Made by a program: the position numbers and the translations under genes. The notes under the pieces are model-generated. The model did no database searches. It was given only the letters and a program-made list of their open reading frames with translations, and was not told the origin of the DNA. From contig JBFMHM010000002.1 of NCBI GenBank assembly GCA_040753015.1, forward strand, positions 102,111-166,110: a stretch of DNA of 64,000 nucleotides, in the 5' to 3' direction. The first letter of the stretch is position 1. Each line of letters opens with the position of its first letter. This DNA is from Candidatus Omnitrophota bacterium (GTDB lineage: Bacteria > Omnitrophota > Gorgyraeia > Gygaellales > JBFMHM01). Below, piece after piece: positions 41,057 to 50,600 of this stretch.

Positions 41057-41803
41057 CTAACTAATTACAACCAGTACTGTTTCTAATTTTTCCAGCTCAA
41101 CAGATGGTTTCACAATTACAACTAAATCTTTATTAAAAATGTCTTTTTCAACTCTAACTACTTCCCCAATCAACACGCCTTTAGGATAAACTGTACTTAA
41201 ATTTGATGTTATAATCTTATCGCCACTTGTTACATCGTCATCTTCTACATATTTCATTATTAAATACCCACCGATACCTCCACAAATTATCCCTTGGCTG
41301 CGTGTACGGGAAATTATAGCGCTTATACTTAGACTCGAATCAGTGATTAATAGTACTTGAGAACAATCATCTCCGGAATCAATAACTCTACCAACTAAAC
41401 CACCTTCATTTATAACTACCATACCTTTTCTAATACCTGCCTTAAGGCCCTTATCAATAATTATTGTTGTGGAAAAACCGGATAGGTCACCGCCGATTAC
41501 ATTAGCCCCTCTTAATTTCAATGCAGAAGATTGCTTAAAATCAAATAATTTTTTTAATTGTAAATTTTCTCTTTTAAGATTGTCAATAATAATTTGATTA
41601 TTCGCAAGACTCATATTTTCACTTTTTAATTTTTTATTTTCAGCTAAAAGCTGATTATAGGTGGCAATGCTTATCTTAATTGATGAAAAAAAACTAAGAG
41701 GATTTCTGAAAAGGTCAATTAGATTTAATCTAAAAGGTATAATAAAATGGATTACAACAATTACAATTAATATAACTGGAAGGATGAAGGACTTTACCTT
41801 CAT
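41057..41803 (-). CDS. mreC: Rod shape-determining protein MreC
   Basis: TM, coiled coil, IIIDKG, GLVGRV, YPKGVLIGEV. Confidence 0.9.
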   Translation of the reverse strand: MKVKSFILPVILIVIVVIHFIIPFRLNLIDLFRNPLSFFSSIKISIATYNQLLAENKKLKSENMSLANNQIIIDNLKRENLQLKKLFDFKQSSALKLRGANVIGGDLSGFSTTIIIDKGLKAGIRKGMVVINEGGLVGRVIDSGDDCSQVLLITDSSLSISAIISRTRSQGIICGGIGGYLIMKYVEDDDVTSGDKIITSNLSTVYPKGVLIGEVVRVEKDIFNKDLVVIVKPSVELEKLETVLVVIS

Positions 41804-41807
41804 TAGA

Positions 41808-42878
41808 TTATACTTCTGACTTTGTAGAAACGGTTACACGTCTTAAATAATGAATCTCGTTTAAAACTGCGCCTGTGCCAAGAGCAACTGCTCTTGTTGG
41901 ATCATCAGCAACATGCACAGGAAGCCCTGTTTCTTCGCTGATTAACTTATCAAGGCCGCGCAAAAGCGAACCCCCTCCTGCCATAACAATTCCATGCTCA
42001 ATTAAATCTGCAGCAAGCTCGGGAGGCGTTCTCTCAAGAACAATTTTTGCAGCATCAACAATCGCTTTAACCGGTTCACTCAAAGCCTCGCGTATCTCAT
42101 CAGATGTAATTGTAATAGTTTTTGGAAGGCCAGCAATTAAATCTCTGCCTTTAACTTCTAGAGTAAGGCGCTCTTCTAAAGGATAGGCTGAACCTATTTT
42201 CATTTTTATATCTTCAGCTGTACGCTCGCCAACCATAAGGTTATATGCTTTTTTCAAATACTCAATTATCGCTACATCCATTTCATCTCCAGCGATACGG
42301 ATTGACTTTGAGAAGACAATACCTGCTAATGATATAACTGCAATCTCTGTTGTACCACCTCCAATATCAATAATCATATTGCCTATTGGTTCTTGAATAG
42401 GCAGACCTACGCCAATCGCCGCTGCAACCGGTTCTTCGACTAGAAATATCTCTCGAACCCCTGCGCGTTCTGCCGAATCTTCAACAGCTCTTTTCTCAAC
42501 TTCCGTAATTCCAGAAGGAATCGCAATAACCATGCGCGGACGAACTAAAACTTTACGATTATGGACTTTTTTTATGAAGTGGCGAAGCATTGCCTCGGTA
42601 ATTTCAAAATCAGCAATAACGCCATCTTTCATCGGGCGAATTGCTACTATATCACCAGGTGTCCTACCAAGCATTCGTTTTGCCTCAGCGCCAACTGCTA
42701 AAACTTGCGATGTCCCCTTTTTAATCGCAACAACGGAAGGCTCGCATAAAACAACCCCTTGTCCTTTTACATAAACAAGAGTTGTAGCAGTGCCAAGGTC
42801 TATCCCCATATCATTGGAAAATAAACCACCGACATAATTTATGACAGTATTAAATATATTATTAAATTTTGTTTTCAT
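41808..42878 (-). CDS. mreB: Rod shape-determining protein MreB
   Basis: [21 protein letters not shown]. Start revised to ATG 42878 because the track's TTG at 42929 coincides with a -35 box. Confidence 0.96.
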   Translation of the reverse strand: MKTKFNNIFNTVINYVGGLFSNDMGIDLGTATTLVYVKGQGVVLCEPSVVAIKKGTSQVLAVGAEAKRMLGRTPGDIVAIRPMKDGVIADFEITEAMLRHFIKKVHNRKVLVRPRMVIAIPSGITEVEKRAVEDSAERAGVREIFLVEEPVAAAIGVGLPIQEPIGNMIIDIGGGTTEIAVISLAGIVFSKSIRIAGDEMDVAIIEYLKKAYNLMVGERTAEDIKMKIGSAYPLEERLTLEVKGRDLIAGLPKTITITSDEIREALSEPVKAIVDAAKIVLERTPPELAADLIEHGIVMAGGGSLLRGLDKLISEETGLPVHVADDPTRAVALGTGAVLNEIHYLRRVTVSTKSEV

Positions 42879-42900
42879 ATAAATTATAAGGCTTATGCAG

Positions 42901-42929
42901 AATATATCAAATGAATGCGCTAGTGTCAA
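42901..42929 (-). promoter_or_regulatory. Sigma70-type promoter of the mre operon
   Basis: TTGACA-N17-TATATT with a TG extended -10. Confidence 0.65.
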
Positions 42930-43561
42930 GAAAAAATGTGCCGGATTATTTCATCACTTAATGCCTGCCTCGTAACAACCATTTTAATATTCTTAGTACG
43001 ATCTATTATATAAGCAATATGTTTTCTTTTTTTAATCTGTTTTAAATCGTTAGCAACAACTAAATCTGAATTATTTTTTAGTAGATCTTTATAAGAAGAA
43101 TTAATCAGCTCATCTTTATCTTTATTAACTTCTAATTTAAACTGGACTAGAAAAATTTTTGGATCATATTTTTTAATCAACCTGATAATTTTAGGTGTTG
43201 GAATGAGTTTTAAACAAAGATTATTTTTACCAGATTCTATTTTTTGTGCAGAAATTTTTTCAACCCTATAATCGCTTACTGCAGCTAGATGAATTACAGC
43301 ATCATATTTTTTTGTTTTGAGTTCTTGCTCTATTAAAGTAAACAGCTCGTCAAAATATTTAAAACGTTTAATTATAAGATTTGGATTTTTAAGGGTAAAG
43401 CTTTCAGTGACTGGGCCAAGCAATAACGTAACTTTTGCGCCTTGTTTTAGCGCAGTTTTCGTAATAGCAATACCAGTTGCGCCGCTTGAAATATTTGAAA
43501 TTACACGGACTTTGTCAATTGCAACCCATGTTGGGCCGCAAGTTATCAAAATTTTAGGCAT
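42926..43561 (-). CDS. coaB: Phosphopantothenate--cysteine ligase (stand-alone CoaB)
   Basis: [37 protein letters not shown]. Confidence 0.9.
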   Translation of the reverse strand: MPKILITCGPTWVAIDKVRVISNISSGATGIAITKTALKQGAKVTLLLGPVTESFTLKNPNLIIKRFKYFDELFTLIEQELKTKKYDAVIHLAAVSDYRVEKISAQKIESGKNNLCLKLIPTPKIIRLIKKYDPKIFLVQFKLEVNKDKDELINSSYKDLLKNNSDLVVANDLKQIKKRKHIAYIIDRTKNIKMVVTRQALSDEIIRHIFS

Positions 43562-44129
43562 GCTTAATAATAGTGGATAAAATCAAATCGGCATCTGCCA
43601 TTGCCCCTTTACCAACAGTGCCGCAGGCAAGGCGTGAAATGCGTGGTTCAATAAAAATATATTTTCCGCCTGCTTGCCGGACAGGCAGGGGTATCTTTTT
43701 TAGCGATGCGATATTTTTTTGCATAATCTCGTTTTCCCACATATTTGTATTCATAGCAGGAGCGATTAAAACTTTAGTTTTTTTTGGCAAGGATAAAACT
43801 AATGCCGCTAATAAATTATCGGCAAAACCATAAGAAATTTTTGAGATTATATCTGCTGTGGCTGGGGCAATCACAACTAAATCTGCCCAGTTAGAAAGTT
43901 CAATATGCTGGCAATTAAATTCTGATATGGGTTTAAACATATCAGTGTAAACCGGATTTTGCGTAAGCGACTGAATTGTTAACGGAGTGATAAAATTACA
44001 CGCGTCAGGCGTAAGCACTCCCTTGACATTATAATTTTTGTGCTTTAAAACACTGATTAAATCACACGCCTTATAAGCAGCAATGCTTGCAGTTATTCCA
44101 ATAATGATGTTTTTATTACTAGTAGGCAT
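43554..44129 (-). CDS. coaC: Phosphopantothenoylcysteine decarboxylase (stand-alone CoaC)
   Basis: SIAAYKA, HIELSNWAD, APATA, APAMN..MW, LACG..GKG. Confidence 0.9.
   Translation of the reverse strand: MPTSNKNIIIGITASIAAYKACDLISVLKHKNYNVKGVLTPDACNFITPLTIQSLTQNPVYTDMFKPISEFNCQHIELSNWADLVVIAPATADIISKISYGFADNLLAALVLSLPKKTKVLIAPAMNTNMWENEIMQKNIASLKKIPLPVRQAGGKYIFIEPRISRLACGTVGKGAMADADLILSTIIKHA
43669..43689. repeat. 21-nt imperfect copy of the CCTGCCTGCCGGCAGGCAGG palindrome, in frame in coaC
   Basis: cctgcttgccggacaggcagg, translated within PLPVRQAG. Confidence 0.8.
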
Positions 44130-44133
44130 ATGT

Positions 44134-44382
44134 TTAAGATGGCTGGGCTATTCTATGTAAAAGCTCAGAAATAAAAGTTTGATACCTTATACCGAGCCGA
44201 TAAGCTTTATGTTTAATGTTTTCTAGGTCTTGCTTATTTACGCGAATATTTAAAACCGCATCTTTCTTCCTTGCAGATATAACACTAATAATTTGTTCGT
44301 ATTCCCGCTTATCCACAGGAACAAAATGCTCAAGATTATCTTCTATCGCCCGCTCTTCTTTTGTTAATTTAATCTTTCTCAT
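44134..44382 (-). CDS. BrnA/CopG-like antitoxin
   Basis: 82 aa; KDAVLNIRV..L..IK..A...GIRYQTFISELLH ribbon-helix-helix-type C-terminus; overlaps the toxin stop. Confidence 0.8.
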   Translation of the reverse strand: MRKIKLTKEERAIEDNLEHFVPVDKREYEQIISVISARKKDAVLNIRVNKQDLENIKHKAYRLGIRYQTFISELLHRIAQPS

Positions 44383-44638
44383 GGTTTCTCCTGTTTTTGT
44401 AAAATTTCGTTAACTTTCTGCTTGGATATATCGTCTTCAAAAATATTATTTCGCCATCTATTACATACGGCACAGCCCACAGATAACCTTTATACTGATA
44501 AATAAGAATTTTCTGATTTTCTCTATTTGGATGCCTACGTATGTCTATTAGCTTTGAAGCAATGATTTCTTCAAACGAAACGCCGCGCGTTTGCTTAAGA
44601 CGCTCGCTCTTTAATTGGCTCCATCTAATATCTTTCAT
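44369..44638 (-). CDS. BrnT-like toxin
   Basis: IRWSQLKSERLKQTRGVSFEEI, HPNRENQ, LKTIYPSRK; start revised to ATG 44638. Confidence 0.8.
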   Translation of the reverse strand: MKDIRWSQLKSERLKQTRGVSFEEIIASKLIDIRRHPNRENQKILIYQYKGYLWAVPYVIDGEIIFLKTIYPSRKLTKFYKNRRNHEKD

Positions 44639-44640
44639 AC

Positions 44641-44691
44641 ATTTATTTTGTATATACAATTGTATTATACAAAATAAATAAGTTGTGTCAA
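44641..44691 (-). promoter_or_regulatory. TA promoter with overlapping palindromic operator
   Basis: TTGACA (44691-44686)-N16-TATAAT (44669-44664); 14-bp inverted repeat ATTTATTTTGTATA...TATACAAAATAAAT at 44641-44679 covering the -10 and start region. Confidence 0.8.
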
Positions 44692-44695
44692 GATA

Positions 44696-47600
44696 TTAAT
44701 GATTTAACGCTTCGATTTGGATGAGGCTTAGATCAATGCCGCCAAGGTTAACGGCGCCTTGCGATGGCTGACTTAATGCCTCGGCTGGGCTTTCGCCAGT
44801 GTAAACTCTTGCTCTCTCCTCTAGCGACAATATCGTGCCTGCACGATCGGTTATTTCATCGGAGGAAGCGCCGGCGCGCTGCAATAGCGCCTCGACTGCT
44901 TGATTCCAGTCGGATTGCCTCTTGACTTCTTGTTTTGCCATTATTGAAATAATAACATCTGAAATAAACAATACTATATTACTTATGCCAATAAATCCTA
45001 AAACAATTGGCATCGCAGAAAAAGAAAAACCTAAAGCTATCCCGCCCACCGTTAAATTAGCAAACGGCCCAGCTAATAAAGTAGCTACTTTTTTCCAAGT
45101 TGAAGCTCCCTCATAATTAATATCTGCGCTAGACCAAAGGTTGATCGAATTCACTTTTAATCCAAATAACTTCGCAGTTAAAATATGAGCTGCCTCGTGT
45201 AAAGGCAAAGCAACTACAAAAGCGCTAAACCGTAATAAATTACCCCGCCCGCCCCCCTCTCTTAATAACGCTGCTGTAATTGAACGCGTAGGCTCTCTTC
45301 TATCTACAAAAATAACACCCTTTTTCTTAAAAAAATCATAAAGCTTCTGCTCAGTATCGTAAATCACGCCTAACCTTTCATTATTACTATTTCTATCTTT
45401 ACGAATCGTAGCATTTCTAATTTTATTACCGTTTAAATCGCCATGAAACATTTTTGCGGAAAAGAGATCTGCGTCGGAGAGATCTGCAAAGGAAAGATCT
45501 ACACCACGAAGGTCTGCCTCGGAGAGATTTGCCTTAAAAAGGCTTGCGGTCGAAAGGTCTGCATTGTAAAGGATTGCGCGGGTAAGTCTTGTATTAAAAA
45601 AGCGTGAATTACTAAGGTTTGCTCCGGTAAGGTTTGCATTAAAAAGGTTTGTACGGGAAAGATCTGCGGAGGAAAGATCTGCACCGATAAGATTTACGTA
45701 GCTAAGAATTGCGTTAGTAAGAATTGCACGGGAAAGCTTTGCACCAGAAAGATCTGCGTAGCGAAGCTTTACGCCGGAAAGATCCTTACCAGAAAAATCA
45801 AATTTTGAAAGATCAAGCCTATAAAAAACAGCATTTTTAAAATAAGAAGCTTCGGATAAACTCTTCAAAGCCCTCACAAATTCATCATTAACTACAACTG
45901 TTTGGCCATCTTGAAGAGGCGAGCTTCTAAGATAATCTTGCTTGGCTTGATTAAATTCATCTATTTTTTGTTCTAAAGTTTTACTTGAATCGTTTAAAAT
46001 TTCTGTGAGCTGTTGTAATGTTTCCGCCCAGCCTTCTGGCGAAACGGCTGTAGGCCCGGCAGCTGACGGATCTGCTGGCGGAGTTACATCCGGAGGTGCT
46101 GGTGGCTGTTCATCCTGAGCCTGTCGAAGGACTGGCGCGTCAGCGGCTGGTGCTACAGGCGCAGGAGTTCCAACTTCAGACTCAATTACCTTGCCATCTT
46201 TATCTACTCTTTGCCCTTGCTCGTTAACAAAAATAATACCACGTTCTTGAGTTAAATATCTATATAATCTATCCATATCAAGAGTAACTTCTTTTAAACT
46301 TTTATAGCTTCCTGAATCCAATATCATCGCGTCTTGAATCTTATCTTTATCTAAGTCAGAAAATAACATCCTTGCTCCGGAAAGGTTTGCGTTGGCAAGG
46401 CTTGCGCCGGTAAGGGTTGTACCGCAAAGGTCTGCATTGGAAAGGTTTGCATTAGTAAGGTCTGCGCCAGTAAAATCTGCACCGCGAAAGTCTGCGTAGG
46501 AAAGAACTGCGCCGCGAAGGTCTGCGCCGGAAAGGTCTGCGTTGCGAAGGTCTGCGTAGGGAAGAATTGCGCCGCAAAGGTCTGCGTAGGGAAGAATTGC
46601 GCCGCGAAGGTCTGCGCCGCGAAGGCCTGCGTAGGAAAGAACTGCACCGGAAAGGTTTACGCCGGAAATGTCTGCGTTGCGAAGGTTTGCGTTGCAAAGG
46701 TATGCGTTGCGAAGGTTTAACCTTGAAAGATCTAACCTATAAATAGTACTACCTCTATTATAAAAACATTGTTCTAAACCTTTTATAGCGGTTATAAATT
46801 CAAAATTAACTGCAAGCACCTCACCTTCACTAAGAGGCGAACTTGCAAGAAAATCTTGCTTAGCTTGGTTAAACTCATTTATTTTTTGTTTTAGGGTTTT
46901 ACTAGTATCGCTTAAAATTGCTGTAAGTTGTGTAAGCACACCATCCCAACCTTCTGGCGATACGGCTGTTGCGTCATCTGCAGCTGGCGGATTAGCTGGA
47001 TCCGCTGGCGGAGCTGACGCAGGTGGCTCACCTCGTGGAACCGCAGATGCATCAGCGGTAGGCGCAGCTGCAGCTGAAACAGCACCGTCAATCACATTAC
47101 CATCTTTATCCACAGCTTGCCCTTGCTCGTTAACAAAGATAACACCCCGACTGGTCAGATAATCATACCGCTCTTGTTTAGTTGAATAAACATCATCCAA
47201 TCTTCTCCAAGTCCTAGCATCAATAAATAGTAAAATACCATTAATTTTATCAGTGTCTAAATCACTATAAAACATAACTGTTTGAGAAAGGTCTGGCCCC
47301 ATCTCTTTTTTTCTAGAAATGTATTGCGCGTAAGAAAATATTGCTCCTGATCCCCGACGTGCTATTATTTCAGCATTGCGTCTTAAATACACGTCCTCGG
47401 AAAGATCAAATGGTGCGAAAAGTCTTACACCAGAAATATCCTTTCCAGAAAAATCTAACCTAGAAAGGTCGAGTTGAATACAAATGGCGCTAGCTTGTCT
47501 ATTAAAATACCATGTCCGCTCTAATCTTCTTAAGCCATCCGCAAACGCATCATTAACTTTAAATGTTTGGCTAGATTGAAAAGGAGAGCTTCTAAGATAA

Positions 47601-50600
47601 TCTTGCTTGGCTTGATTAAATTCATCTATTTTTTGTTCTAAAGTTTTACTTGAATCGTTTAAAATTCCTGTGAGCTGTTGTAATGTTTCCGCCCAGCCTT
47701 CTGACGAAACGGCTGTAGCCTCTGCCGCAGGCCTCGCCGTTTCCTGGCGGGCTGGTGACGATGGATCTGCGGGCGGCTCGGCTGGTGGCGGTGCAGGCGC
47801 GTCAGAGGCTGGCGTAGCTAATTTTTCTCTTAAACTAGCAATTAATTGTTCATTATTCGCGCTTTCGCCAGATTCTTTCAGTAAACGAATAAGCTCATTA
47901 ATTACTGCTTGCTGTTGTAATTGCTCTAGAGTAAAACCATTATTAAGAAGCATTAAAATAATTTTAGCAGCCTTATCATCTGTTAGATTCGTTTCGTCTG
48001 CAATAGTCTCTAAAAAATTACCCATTTGTCTATTTACGCTATCCAATAATGCCATATCTATACCTTTTTCTTTTAATAATTGTGCCTGGTTTTGGACAAT
48101 AGCAGTATAGGCGTTGACTTTAAGTAAAGGTTCACTATCAGGAGTTCTTATTGCCATAGCAATAGCATTTGCAAATTCACCTGTTTCTGCACAAACTTGG
48201 ATAATTAAGTCAGAAGCTAAGAGTCTTTTGTAATCGTTACTACTGTCATTGGGAATTTCTTCTGCCGCAGCGCGTGCATTTTTAAGGTTTCTTTCTATTT
48301 TTCGTTTTGGTATTTTTGCTTTTATCTGAACTCTAGCAACAAGAGAATAGGCATTGGTTTTATAAAAAGGCTGGTCCTGATTATCGGGAATTTTTTTTAT
48401 CAAATTAATAATCAATCGCAAAATATCTTCTACTTCATTCATCGGCCTACCTATTTTTGCCTGGGTTTCGGCAATTATAAGAAGAAGGAGCGCTTTCCAA
48501 TATTCACCAGGTGCGAAAGTTCTTTCCGTTAACGTAGAAGCCAATCGCAAAGTATCTTCTACTTCATTCATTGGCCTACCTATTTTTGCCTGGGTTTCGG
48601 CAATAAATGTATAAGCTCTAATTTGGTCATCATAAGTTGCATCTGCATATCTTGTTGGAAGTTTTTCTGCTATATCAAGAGCTTTATTAATGTTTTCGAT
48701 TATTTCTTCTGTTGGCCTACCTGCTTGTGCTTGAGCTTGAGCAATAGAGGTATAGGCTTTAATTTGTGCCCAAGGGTCATAAATGCTTATTTCTTCTACC
48801 ATAATAATAGCCTTGTTAAGACTAGTAGATATTTCATCTTCCGGGCTACCTATTTCGATTTTAACTTGGGCGATAAATGCTTGGACGGCAGCTTGCGATG
48901 CACGATTAAGCGCAGTTGCAGCGATATCGGCTTTATTAATGTTTTCGATTATTTCTTCTGTTGGCCTACCTGCTTGAGCTTGGGCAATGAGTGCATAGGT
49001 CATAGCCTTATCAGGATCATCATCCTCCATCCTTATTACCAGGTTGAGAGCATCATTAAATCTGTTTAACGTTATAAAAGTTTCGATAACAGTGATGGTG
49101 GCTTTTTCTTTTTGGGAAGAATCATCAAATCTTTCTGCTGCTGCGATAGAGGCTAAACGTAAAGCTAAATCTTGCGTATGAATAGTTTTCAAAATTTCTG
49201 GAGTTAATACTACTGGTTCTCTTGCAGGCATTCCTGGATCTGCCGGCGGTTCGTCTAAAGGCGCTTGCGTAGCGGCTGATGCAACTAGCCCAGGAGGAGC
49301 TGGCGCGTCAGGGGCTGGTACTACAGGCGGTGTCGTCGGTTCGTTGCCAAACAAAATTGGAATTCGCGTGGATCTTGGAAAAGTTGGGCTGTCGCCTGTA
49401 CTAGGCGTAAGCCCGCAACTTACTTCAATCGCAGTTTTTGAAACACCTAATTCTCTCATTAAAAAATTAGCCAAAATGCCTTGTAACTGAGAGTGGCCTT
49501 GCAATGCTTTAAGCTGTTCTGTTGCAGCTTGAATAAATGCGGTTTTAATTGATGCGTCTGATTGTTGCGGCTCTGCCGCCTGCCCAGCACTTTGAAGCCT
49601 TGCGTGTTGTTCAGAAAAAAGCGTATGCGCCCGGCCAATAACATAATTAGAAACTCTTACGCCTGCTAACGACCCAGCCAAAACACCAGCCAAACGTTGC
49701 GCCACAAGAGGAACAGCGCTTCCAGCTCCGCCGTTTGGCGCAGTTGGTGAAGCAACACTTACAAAACGTAAAATTGCATCAGGCAGCGCACTTAATGCTT
49801 CTCTTTTTGCTTTTTCTATTTCAAGCATTGTTGCTCCAACTGGCACGCCGATAACTAAAGTTGCAGCCGGCGCAGTATCTGGCGTTTCTACTTCTCCGAT
49901 ATCAACATCCGCAGCAAGTTCAACACCATCTGTCGGTTCAAACCTCACAGCTACTTGAACCTCGGGAATTTCGTCAGTTGCTGGAACTGTGACAGTTTTT
50001 GCATCACGATTTGCTAACTCCACTCTAACTGCTCGCGCTCGTTCTGGAGTTAACTGCTCGAACGTTCTAGGAGCCTGTGGAGTAACGCTAGTTCCACCGG
50101 GTGCCATGCCTACCGGCAGGCAGGCACTAGGATCAGGCTCTGGCCTTGGCCCAGAGTCAACCCATTTTACTTTTTGCCGCATATCAGGGTCAGCTAAAAC
50201 AGTATCTGTTGCATTGGGTGAAACCAAAAACCATTTGCGGCCGCTAATCTCTCCGTCGCAAGCCACAGCGCCTGCTTCAATATCTCTTGCTAAGGCGCAA
50301 TGCCCCAACATCACAACTAAATTATTTTTTTCGCCGGAAAAAAATAAATCTTTAGCTTGTCTGCCAGCATATCTCTGGCAAACTAACGAACCATTATTTT
50401 GATAAATCAACTGGCTATCGCCTGAAACTCTGTCAATTAACTCAAAACTAAAATTTGCATCAGACGGTTTATACAAGCGAATAATCAGCTCTGAATTATC
50501 TTTCTTTAAATATACCTCTATTTTACCGTGTTCATCCTCTAAAGTTTTTCTAATATAAATAGCATTTGGCTCTTCTCTATCCCTAACTTCATCCTGCCTC

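Noticed and set aside
42879-42929. ORF-track N-terminal extension of mreB (likewise pilA 28288-28326, toxin 44639-44659, and 24567-24608)
   Set aside because: They overlap promoter boxes, RBSs or upstream genes; downstream ATGs fit better
46351-46697. Alternative-frame ORFs with repetitive sequence (QFFPTQTFAA, RRPSRR), also 45499-45684
   Set aside because: By-products of the 15-nt pentapeptide periodicity keeping other frames open
46370-46740. Possible CRISPR array
   Set aside because: The repeats are contiguous, coding and lack unique spacers; no cas genes in the window
45921-47718. Possible DGR template/variable repeat pair
   Set aside because: No reverse transcriptase in the window; both copies are coding and differ at only 2 positions
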